This document shows, piece after piece, positions 10,030 through 18,096 of a stretch of DNA of 32,000 nt. This stretch comes from Saccharolobus solfataricus (GTDB lineage Archaea > Thermoproteota > Thermoprotei_A > Sulfolobales > Sulfolobaceae), in the NCBI RefSeq assembly GCF_900079115.1, contig NZ_LT549890.1:270001-302000 (forward strand). Reading direction: 5' to 3'. Positions within the stretch are counted from its first letter, which is position 1, and the number at the start of each line of letters is the position of its first letter. Below the pieces are notes generated by a model. The model searched no databases, was not told the origin of the DNA, and saw only the letters and a list, made by a program, of their open reading frames with translations. Both the position numbers and the translations under genes were made by a program.

Positions 10030-10513
10030 GATAATACAATATATATTATTTGGTTTTTTTGGAGTTATGACTATAGCCTTCTCAATATATATTGTTAGGG
10101 CTAAGAATGTGTTTTATGGTGCAGTGAGTCTAGCATTTCTAGGTTTAAGTATTGCAGCATTAATAGCATTAGAAGCTCCATCAACGTATGGTATATATTC
10201 AGTGTTTCATATTCTCTTGTATGTGGGAGCGACGGTAACTTTTCTTGCTATTTCGCTGGTAATGTTTAAAGATTTAGAGGTAAAATTTGGTAGAGGAGCA
10301 TTAGGAATATTGGCTGGAGGGGCTGTAACACTCTTGTTTTTAATTATAGTTTTTATCTCTATTCCTCAAGTTTCTTCAGCAGAAGTACAACCAATTAATT
10401 TCCAAGTATTAGCTAATGATCTTATAGAGAATTATTGGTTTCCACTAATTATACTTGTTATAGCTTTATTAACTACTTTAATTGAGGCAATATCCTTAGC
10501 TAGGAGGGATTAG
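10010..10513 (+). CDS. nuoJ: Complex I subunit J
   Basis: 167 aa with about 5 TM segments. It sits between nuoI and nuoK and has a NuoJ-like N-terminal helix pattern. The SD GAGGGG lies 9 nt upstream. Confidence 0.8.
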   Translation: MYPQTSEIIQYILFGFFGVMTIAFSIYIVRAKNVFYGAVSLAFLGLSIAALIALEAPSTYGIYSVFHILLYVGATVTFLAISLVMFKDLEVKFGRGALGILAGGAVTLLFLIIVFISIPQVSSAEVQPINFQVLANDLIENYWFPLIILVIALLTTLIEAISLARRD

Positions 10514-10515
10514 CC

Positions 10516-10803
10516 ATGATGGACCTCGGGTTATTAGGTATTACGATCTCAGGTTTACTTATAGGTATAGGCATATATGGTTTATCTTCGACGTCAAATA
10601 TCATTCGAGTACTGCTATCATCTGAGATTATATTAAATTCATCTATATTATTTGTTTTTTCCTATTCTTCCATGGTGGGAATGGTGTATAAGCCTATAGT
10701 ATTTTCCCTCTTTGCAATAGGTATGGCTTTAACAGAAGTCGTAGTTGCATTTGCGGCTGTTATACTTTACTATAGGCAAAAGGATAAACTGGAGGTGGAA
10801 TAA
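10516..10803 (+). CDS. nuoK: Complex I subunit K
   Basis: 95 aa with three TM segments. The conserved membrane glutamates are in the expected context ([21 protein letters not shown]). The SD AGGAGGG lies 8 nt upstream. Confidence 0.85.
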   Translation: MMDLGLLGITISGLLIGIGIYGLSSTSNIIRVLLSSEIILNSSILFVFSYSSMVGMVYKPIVFSLFAIGMALTEVVVAFAAVILYYRQKDKLEVE

Positions 10804-10804
10804 G

Positions 10805-13800
10805 ATGTTTCCTCTCTCCTTTATAATGTTAATAATATCCTTTATACTTGCAGTTAGTATATTTTTTGTTAGATCAAGAGTAGCCTCATTTATTTTGAGT
10901 TTTGTATCAATAGCCATAAATATCCCATTTTTGGTTTTTAGAGGTATTTTTGAAAACATATTCGTCTCGAAATATGTTGGAGACTTCGGAATTGTAGTAA
11001 ACAATTTCAACTATCCATTTATAATAACTATTATAATTATTACACTATTGTCCGCAATATATTCCTTAAGGTATATGGAACATAAGTTTGATGAGGAGAG
11101 AAAAAGTAGCTGGGGTCTTTACTATGCTTTGTATACTTTATTTGCCCTTTCGATGCTATACACTGTACTATCGACTAATCTACTGGAATTATATATATTT
11201 TTGGAGATTTCGTTAATTTCGTCATTTTTACTGATAGCGCTTTATGGGTATGGTGATAGACGCAGAATAAGCCTTATGTATTTCATATGGACGCACATTG
11301 GTACAATATTACTCTTGGCTTCAATAATAGTAATAGGTCTTTCTACAGGCTCTATGAACATTTACGTTGATGCTTATACTTTTGCCAATTATTCAACTAT
11401 ATCCTATGGAATCCTAGTATTTATAATAGCAGTAGTTGGTATGTTTGTAAAAGGTGCTCAAGCTGGTTTCAACATATGGCTACCGTATGCCCATGGCGAA
11501 GCACCAACTCCTATTTCAGTATTGTTAAGTCCAAATATGGTTGGTTTAGGAATATTTGTAGTAATAATTTACTATTATCTATTTCCCACTATGTCCTTCT
11601 TAGCTCCCATATTCATAGCTTGGGCCATTATCACGATGATTTATGGTGGTATTAACGCTCTGGCTCAAAAAGACTTTAAGAGGTTTTTAGCGTATTCTAG
11701 TGTTTCTCAAATGGGTTATATGCTATTAGGTGCTTCTATAGCATTTTTAAGCGGATTATCAAATTCCATTATTTCGTTGCCTATAGGAATATTGGCGAGT
11801 ATTTTGATCTATGTATCTCATGGTTTTGGCAAAGCTATATTATTCATGAGCGCTGGTGCGTCAATTACCGAACTTAATGAAAGGAATATTGAAAAGTTAG
11901 GGGGACTATATCTTTCTTCTCCCCTTCATTCAACATTAGCGTTTATAGGCGCATTGAATCTTTTGGGTCTGCCTCCTACAATTGGACTGATAAGTGAAGC
12001 ATTGTTGATATTTTCATTAGGTACTATATTAGATAAGATAGGAATAGTAGGTTTTATAGTGATAGTAGCTTTTATAATGATCGCAATAGGTACCTCTTCG
12101 GCTTATATAGGTTATTTGTTCAAGACTGTGTACGCAGGTAAAAAGGAAACCAAGAATATTGATAACGTAAAAGAGTATTCTATTCCAATGTTATTAATAG
12201 GAATATTTAGCATAATTACGTTCTTTATTCCTCAATATGTATCACCTTCTTTAGTATTCACGTCACTGTTTTCAAATTCTACAATTTTGCCATTCATAGC
12301 GTTCTTGCCCGTTTTAGGTTCGCTAATCGCGCTAATAACTCCAAAGTCATTAAATCAAGATTTGAGAGGCGCAATAGTAGTGGTATCAATAGGTATTTCA
12401 ATGGTCTTATCTGCTGTGTTATTAGTTAATAATTTAGGAAAACCCTTATTCGGACACCCTCAGTTATCATATTCATTTGGTTATCTACAATTTAGTGCTA
12501 ATTTGCTTCAATCCATTTTAGCCCTATTTGTATCTTCACTATCATTCTTTATAGCATTATATAGTATAGGATACATGAGAGAAGATAACGTTTTAAGAAG
12601 GTACTGGGGTTTCTTTGGACTTTTCGTAACATCAATGTTATCTGTTGTTTTAGCTAATAACGTTTTATTATTTATTGCTGGATGGGAGGGAACTAGTCTA
12701 GCATCTTATGGTTTAATTAGTTACTGGCTAGATGACAATGAAAGGAATGTAGTTGGAGATTTTGGAAGAAGAATATTCGGAATCGAAAATGTCTCCAAAC
12801 CAACAACTAGTGGGATTAGAGCTTTAATTTTCACTCGTGTAGGTGATGTTGGCTTGCTAGCGGTACTAGGATATTTGCTTTCATTATCAAGTTACAATTA
12901 TATCTTATATCCCATTTCAAATGTATCGTCCACAGTATTTTCTGCATTGTACGCTGTAGCCTCACATCCAGAAGGGTGGTTAATATTGCTAATATTCTTT
13001 TTAGGTGGGCTTGCTAAAAGTGCACAATTTCCTTTCACGCAATGGCTATTGACTGCTATGACTGGTCCCACACCAGTTAGTGCTCTAATACACGCAGCTA
13101 CTATGGTTAATTTAGGGGCTATTCTTACATTCCTCACCTATCAATTTATACCAATAAATTCTAACACTTATTTGTTCTTTGCCATAATGGTAGGAATAAC
13201 ATTATTTACAGCATTATACACAAGTATTAACGCTCTAGCCTCAAATGAACAAAAGGTAATTTTAGCTTATTCTACAGCGGATCAAATATCGTTAATGATA
13301 TTCTCATCTTCTTTAGGTGCTTTACTTGGAAATGTAAGTTTAGGAATAATAATAGGGCTTATACAAATGTTCGCACACGGACTATATAAGGCATCTCTCT
13401 TTATGAACGCTGGTTCCGTAATACATTACACAGAAAGTAGATATGTAGCTTCAAAACCATTATTATATAAGGAGATTCCTTCTGTGTTTATTTTACAACT
13501 AATTGCTGCATTAAACCTAGCCAATTTGCCGCCTTTAATAGGATTTTGGGCCCACAATATCATAGGTAATTTAGCTAGTAGTACTTCAACTACGATATTT
13601 TACTTGTATATAATTCTGGAATTTCTAGGTTCAATCTATATATTAAGATATATTGCAAGAACGTTCTTATGGAAGGGAGAGACAGATAAGACTCATGAAC
13701 ATGGGCACTTAAGTATCTTAATGGTTATAAGTCCTGCATTCTTGATATTAGGATCAATAATACTAGGTGTACTTTACTTTAATCTGGCGACCTTCTTTAA

Positions 13801-14191
13801 TATTATACAATTTTCTGAGATAGATTTCCTTAGTTTAACATTATCTATAATAGGTTGGATAATCGCTTTTGCCATATATACTAGATATTTGAATTTAAGT
13901 TCTGTAAAGCCCCTAATAGATTTTGTTTATTATGGTTGGTATGTGAATCCAGCTTTTGATAAATTTGGATATCTTTTCAAAGATTTTGCTGGTGCTCTAT
14001 TCAAAAACTTTGAGAGAGGAGTTATCGATTTAGGGCTGAACGAGAGATTACCTAAATCTATAGTAAACTTTGGATCAAGAATCTATAATGTAGTCGAGGA
14101 TCATATTCTTGGGGATTATATCATGTTATATGCATGGGGTATAGTTTTACTTTTAATTATAGTTTTGATTCTATTCGGGGTGATTGGATAA
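10805..14191 (+). CDS. nuoL: Fused antiporter-like complex I subunit: NuoM-like N-terminal half plus NuoL-like C-terminal half (1128 aa)
   Basis: The start is ATG 10805 after GGAGGTGG; the track extension from 10745 overlaps nuoK. The N-terminal half has [36 protein letters not shown] and [14 protein letters not shown], which are NuoM-type. From ~12280 the ORF has [84 protein letters not shown] and [17 protein letters not shown], which are NuoL-type. It ends with a long amphipathic segment and a final TM helix, like the NuoL lateral helix and anchor. Confidence 0.85.
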   Translation: MFPLSFIMLIISFILAVSIFFVRSRVASFILSFVSIAINIPFLVFRGIFENIFVSKYVGDFGIVVNNFNYPFIITIIIITLLSAIYSLRYMEHKFDEERKSSWGLYYALYTLFALSMLYTVLSTNLLELYIFLEISLISSFLLIALYGYGDRRRISLMYFIWTHIGTILLLASIIVIGLSTGSMNIYVDAYTFANYSTISYGILVFIIAVVGMFVKGAQAGFNIWLPYAHGEAPTPISVLLSPNMVGLGIFVVIIYYYLFPTMSFLAPIFIAWAIITMIYGGINALAQKDFKRFLAYSSVSQMGYMLLGASIAFLSGLSNSIISLPIGILASILIYVSHGFGKAILFMSAGASITELNERNIEKLGGLYLSSPLHSTLAFIGALNLLGLPPTIGLISEALLIFSLGTILDKIGIVGFIVIVAFIMIAIGTSSAYIGYLFKTVYAGKKETKNIDNVKEYSIPMLLIGIFSIITFFIPQYVSPSLVFTSLFSNSTILPFIAFLPVLGSLIALITPKSLNQDLRGAIVVVSIGISMVLSAVLLVNNLGKPLFGHPQLSYSFGYLQFSANLLQSILALFVSSLSFFIALYSIGYMREDNVLRRYWGFFGLFVTSMLSVVLANNVLLFIAGWEGTSLASYGLISYWLDDNERNVVGDFGRRIFGIENVSKPTTSGIRALIFTRVGDVGLLAVLGYLLSLSSYNYILYPISNVSSTVFSALYAVASHPEGWLILLIFFLGGLAKSAQFPFTQWLLTAMTGPTPVSALIHAATMVNLGAILTFLTYQFIPINSNTYLFFAIMVGITLFTALYTSINALASNEQKVILAYSTADQISLMIFSSSLGALLGNVSLGIIIGLIQMFAHGLYKASLFMNAGSVIHYTESRYVASKPLLYKEIPSVFILQLIAALNLANLPPLIGFWAHNIIGNLASSTSTTIFYLYIILEFLGSIYILRYIARTFLWKGETDKTHEHGHLSILMVISPAFLILGSIILGVLYFNLATFFNIIQFSEIDFLSLTLSIIGWIIAFAIYTRYLNLSSVKPLIDFVYYGWYVNPAFDKFGYLFKDFAGALFKNFERGVIDLGLNERLPKSIVNFGSRIYNVVEDHILGDYIMLYAWGIVLLLIIVLILFGVIG

Positions 14192-15585
14192 TGGATCCTA
14201 TGTATTATTTACCAATTTTAATACCATCAATTTTTATTTTGTTTTCATCTATATCAGTTTTATTTATAGACAATGGTCTTGATGAAAATAGGTTTAGATT
14301 ATCAGTAATACTTTCTGTAGTATTATTAGGAGTTAGCCTAGCGTTTTTAATATACTCGTGGACAGCTAGTGTTATAAACTATACTCTATTCTCTAAATCT
14401 CTACTTATAGACGTGCCGGGCTATTTCTTTTCAATAACTGTATTTAGTATAGGTATACTTGCTATTTTATTGAGTAAAGATCATATAATATCTTGGCCTA
14501 CACGCTCTTCGATGCTGTCATTGATGTTGCTATCTTTACTAGGTCTATTTTATATGTCTTTTGCGAACAATATTATCATTGTTCTCACAACTTGGGCAAT
14601 ATCATCAGCTGCAAGTTATGCAATAGCTATGCTTAGAAAGGATTACAAGTCAGTTGATGCTGGTATTAAATATCTTATTATGGGGCTTTTATCGAGCTCA
14701 ATAATGATAATTGGTTTTGCCTCATATCTAATTTCAACTGGTTCATTACTATTTACTACATCTGTGATATATCCAAATCTCTTCTTTTTCTCTATATCTT
14801 TTATTTCAATAGCATTTTTATTTAAGATTGGAGCATTTCCATTTCAAGCATGGTTGCCAGATGTTTACACGGATGCTGATAGAATATCAGTGGCTTTTAT
14901 TTCAAGTGTGGGTAAGCTTATAGGTATAATTCCTTTATTTAGGGTAGTATATCTATCAGATCCTAATATGGTAGAATTGGTTATATTCATAGTCATTTCA
15001 GTAGCTAGTATGTTGGTTGGAAATATAACCGCTTTTTCAAGGAGAGATGTTGCAGCAATACTTTCATTTAGTTCTATAACTCAAATGGGCTATATCTTAA
15101 TAGGTTTTGCAATGTTTACAGTATCTCCAGCCATAGCAGTTGTAGGCATTTTAGTACAATCCCTTGCATATGGAATAGCTCAAGTTGGTCTATTTGGTAT
15201 AGTGAGTCACGTAGAGAAAGTATCTGGGACTTCTGATATTTCTGGTCTTAGAGGAATATCATCTCAAGATAAGCCACTAGCTTTTGCAATTGTTGTTCTT
15301 ATATTAAGTTTACTAGGAATACCGCCAATTTTCGGGTTTTGGGGTAAGTTGTTCTTATTTGAAAGCTCATTCACATACCCTTGGCTTACTATAATAGCTG
15401 TACTTAATAGTGCAATTTCTGCCGGATACTATGTACCTATTGTTAGAGAAGTGTTTAGGGAAGGAGAATTTGAGGTTATAAAAAGTTCAGAAAGAAACAT
15501 TGCAGTAGTCTCGGCAATTTTAAGTATAATACTAGGTATAGTTATTCCAATTGTATTTCAGATTTTGGTGAGTCAGATTGATTAG
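14191..15585 (+). CDS. nuoN: Complex I subunit N (antiporter-like)
   Basis: The start is ATG 14191 (TAATG overlap with the upstream stop, SD GGGGTGA). It has [24 protein letters not shown] and [17 protein letters not shown], typical of NuoN/ND2. Confidence 0.85.
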   Translation: MDPMYYLPILIPSIFILFSSISVLFIDNGLDENRFRLSVILSVVLLGVSLAFLIYSWTASVINYTLFSKSLLIDVPGYFFSITVFSIGILAILLSKDHIISWPTRSSMLSLMLLSLLGLFYMSFANNIIIVLTTWAISSAASYAIAMLRKDYKSVDAGIKYLIMGLLSSSIMIIGFASYLISTGSLLFTTSVIYPNLFFFSISFISIAFLFKIGAFPFQAWLPDVYTDADRISVAFISSVGKLIGIIPLFRVVYLSDPNMVELVIFIVISVASMLVGNITAFSRRDVAAILSFSSITQMGYILIGFAMFTVSPAIAVVGILVQSLAYGIAQVGLFGIVSHVEKVSGTSDISGLRGISSQDKPLAFAIVVLILSLLGIPPIFGFWGKLFLFESSFTYPWLTIIAVLNSAISAGYYVPIVREVFREGEFEVIKSSERNIAVVSAILSIILGIVIPIVFQILVSQID

Positions 15586-16612
15586 AATTGCCTTAATTGG
15601 AGTAGGTAATGTGGCTTCTGCATTAGTGCAATCTATAGAACTGATTAGAAATGGCAAAGAGATTTACGGAATATTAGATCTCCCAATAAGGCCAAATGAT
15701 ATAGAGATAGTAGCGGCTTTCGATATTGACAAGAGGAAAGTTAATAAGAGGCTTAGAGAGGCTATATTCACTAAACCAAATGTAGTTGATAAGTATGTAG
15801 ACGTTAAAAACGATATAATTGTAATGAGAGGTCCTACTCTCGATGGAAGAGTTGGGATTCTTTCAAATATTATTGAAGAATCTGAAGAAGAACCTGTTGA
15901 TATAGTTGACGTTTTAAAGAAAGAGAAGGTAGACGTGGTAGTAAATTTATTACCAACTGGGGCAACAAGCGCAAGTAATTTCTATGCTAAGGCTTCCTTA
16001 GAGGCTGGTTCTGCTTTCATAAACACTACTCCTTCCCCAACTGCTAAGGAATTTAAAGATCAATTTATGGAGAAAAGACTTCCAATCTTAGGCGATGATT
16101 TATTAAGTCAAATAGGAGGAACAATAACACATGCTGGTATTATTGAGTTTTTAAAAAGTAGAGGAGTAAAAGTTCTAAAGTCTTATCAAATAGACATTGC
16201 TGGTTCTACAGAAGCTCTCGTAGCCTTGGAAGACTGGAGAAAAGATCTCAAAAAGAGCTTAAAGTCCTCCTTCATATCTTCTTTTACGAACGACGTTGAA
16301 GTTGTAGCGGGGACATCTGATTACGTAGAGTTTCTAAAGGACAGAAGGGTTAGTTATATGGTAATTGAAGGATTATATGGAATAGGAGTTCCAATAAGAA
16401 TTGACATTTCTCTGAAAACATACGATTCTTTCAATGCAGTAGCTCCTCTAATAGATCTAATAAGAATTGCAAAGCTCTTAGGACGTCATGGTATTGGTGG
16501 TGCTGTAAAAGAGGTTTGTTATTACTACTTTAAAGACCCTCCAGAAAAGGCTAAGAGTATTATGGATGCTAAAAGATCATTAGATTCCCTTTTAAATAAG
16601 CTTTTAGGATAA
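15578..16612 (+). CDS. myo-Inositol-1-phosphate synthase family protein (NAD-binding Rossmann N-terminus)
   Basis: A TTG start follows GGTGA and overlaps the nuoN stop by 8 nt. It has [14 protein letters not shown] (GxGxxA/G). [13 protein letters not shown]...[12 protein letters not shown] and [33 protein letters not shown] resemble the archaeal MIPS segments FANFTPSPGS...GNDGKTGET and APLILDIARFLLFAKKKGVKGVVKEMAFFFKSP as I remember them. At 344 aa it is shorter than the ~390-aa archaeal enzymes I recall. Confidence 0.65.
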   Translation: MIRIALIGVGNVASALVQSIELIRNGKEIYGILDLPIRPNDIEIVAAFDIDKRKVNKRLREAIFTKPNVVDKYVDVKNDIIVMRGPTLDGRVGILSNIIEESEEEPVDIVDVLKKEKVDVVVNLLPTGATSASNFYAKASLEAGSAFINTTPSPTAKEFKDQFMEKRLPILGDDLLSQIGGTITHAGIIEFLKSRGVKVLKSYQIDIAGSTEALVALEDWRKDLKKSLKSSFISSFTNDVEVVAGTSDYVEFLKDRRVSYMVIEGLYGIGVPIRIDISLKTYDSFNAVAPLIDLIRIAKLLGRHGIGGAVKEVCYYYFKDPPEKAKSIMDAKRSLDSLLNKLLG

Positions 16613-16674
16613 GTCTTATTCTATTTTATTAATGATAAAAGTTTAGAACGAATCTCATCCTTTAAGGGGTTTAG

Positions 16675-16724
16675 ATGATGTGTGAACCCCGGACTGATAA
16701 ATGATGTGCGCGTGTGAGGACTGA
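16675..16724 (+). ncRNA. C/D box sRNA (2'-O-methylation guide)
   Basis: It has the canonical archaeal layout: C box AUGAUGU (16675..16681), 12-nt guide GUGAACCCCGGA, D' box CUGA (16694..16697), 3-nt spacer, C' box AUGAUGU (16701..16707), 13-nt guide GCGCGUGUGAGGA, D box CUGA (16721..16724). It lies in the 112-nt gap between convergent genes. An AT-rich TATA-like stretch (16624..16641) lies upstream. The true ends are uncertain by a few nt. Confidence 0.75.
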
Positions 16725-17840
16725 TCATAATTCAATTACCTCCGAGTTTTCAAGTATCTTCTCGTAATCAACATTTAGCCTCTCTTCATTCTTTAATATT
16801 TCATTAAGATCCTCAGAGGTCCTAGCTTTAGTTGAGATTGCGCAATATTCTGGAAGTTTTATTGAGTGTTTGTAAGTTCCAATTTTCCTTGCGATGTCAA
16901 CGATTTCTTCCTTATCAAATCCAATTAGAGGTCTAAAAATAGGATACTTTATCCCATATTCAGTTACGTATAAATTAGCCATAGTTTGTGACGATACTTG
17001 CGAAAGTGATTCCCCGGTGGTAATCGATTTAGCATTCGTTTTTTCGCACAGCTTTTCAGCCGTTTTATACATCACTCTCTTTAACATGACTACACGGCTT
17101 CTTCTCTCAACTTGCGATAACTTAATAAACACATCTGTACCCTTTACGATAAATATTTTTAATTTATGTCCTCCACTCCATCTTTTAAGCATATTTAATT
17201 CTTTTAATACTAACTCCTTATGTAGGTCTCCGCCCAAATTGAAGTTTAAAATAATGGGAACTGACCCTCTTTTCATCATCATCCATGTGGCTACAGGTGA
17301 ATCAATGCCACCAGAAAACAACACAACTGTCTTCCCTGCAACACCGACCGGTAAACCCTTCGGTCCTTTAATAACCTTATGATAGAAGTACGTCATCTCA
17401 TTTCTAATTTCTATAAATATCTCAACTTCAGGGTTCTCTAGATCTACTCCTTTAGAATATGGATATAAAGCTTCACCAGCTCTTCTTTCAACATCTAGGC
17501 TAGTAAAACTGTGAGATCCTATTCTTTTTGCTCTTACTGCGAAAATTTTGCCTTTAACTATCTCCGCAAAAATTTCTTTAGCTTTGTTAACTATATCTTC
17601 CAAATTATTTGATTTAATTGCTATTACTGGCGAGAAAGACGATATACCGAATACCTCGCTAAGTGCCTCTATGTTCGCGTTATTATCGTTAACTTCTAAT
17701 AGGATTACTCCTTGTGATCTCCATATTTTCCCTCCTCCTATAGTATTTCTTATATTATTGATTAATGTATACTCAAAATTCCTCCTAGACCTTGGCGATT
17801 TAAGTGCAATTTCACCTGATGGTCTTATAATTACTAACAT
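16725..17840 (-). CDS. thiI: tRNA 4-thiouridine synthase / thiamine biosynthesis protein ThiI (THUMP plus PP-loop ATPase)
   Basis: It has the PP-loop SGGxDS (VVLFSGGIDSPVATWMM). The N-terminal IIRPSGEIALKSPRSRRNFE is typical of the ThiI ferredoxin-like/THUMP part. 371 aa, with no rhodanese domain. Confidence 0.9.
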   Translation of the reverse strand: MLVIIRPSGEIALKSPRSRRNFEYTLINNIRNTIGGGKIWRSQGVILLEVNDNNANIEALSEVFGISSFSPVIAIKSNNLEDIVNKAKEIFAEIVKGKIFAVRAKRIGSHSFTSLDVERRAGEALYPYSKGVDLENPEVEIFIEIRNEMTYFYHKVIKGPKGLPVGVAGKTVVLFSGGIDSPVATWMMMKRGSVPIILNFNLGGDLHKELVLKELNMLKRWSGGHKLKIFIVKGTDVFIKLSQVERRSRVVMLKRVMYKTAEKLCEKTNAKSITTGESLSQVSSQTMANLYVTEYGIKYPIFRPLIGFDKEEIVDIARKIGTYKHSIKLPEYCAISTKARTSEDLNEILKNEERLNVDYEKILENSEVIEL

Positions 17841-18030
17841 GATCCCTCACTCTCATGTAGTGCATAAATAGTTGTATTGCGTGCCTACAAAATTTTTGTC
17901 CGCATTCGCACTCAGAATAAATTATTTTAAAGCCATCAATTTTTATCCTTACCTTATAGTACCCTGCTACACATCTAGCACCCACAAAGCCTTCTATGAG
18001 ATTATTATTAATGGATGTTATAATTATCAT
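17812..18030 (-). CDS. SWIM-like zinc-finger mini protein (hypothetical)
   Basis: 72 aa. It has the CxC-x4-CxH arrangement (YSECECGQKFCRHAIQL) preceded by beta-strand-like sequence, as in SWIM fingers, though the spacer is shorter than the usual one. It overlaps the thiI start by 29 nt. Confidence 0.45.
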   Translation of the reverse strand: MIIITSINNNLIEGFVGARCVAGYYKVRIKIDGFKIIYSECECGQKFCRHAIQLFMHYMRVRDHVSNYKTIR

Positions 18031-18096
18031 AATATAAAAGAGAGGATATAAAGAAAAATAAGGTTATCTTCCATGAGACAAGTTATATCTTTAGAC

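Noticed and set aside
15578-16612. The idea that the Rossmann-fold gene coupled to nuoN is the missing NADH-oxidising input module of the archaeal complex I.
   Set aside because: Its sequence blocks resemble myo-inositol-1-phosphate synthase rather than any flavoprotein or Fe-S protein. It has no cysteine clusters or flavin-binding motif. It is kept only as an operon-context curiosity.
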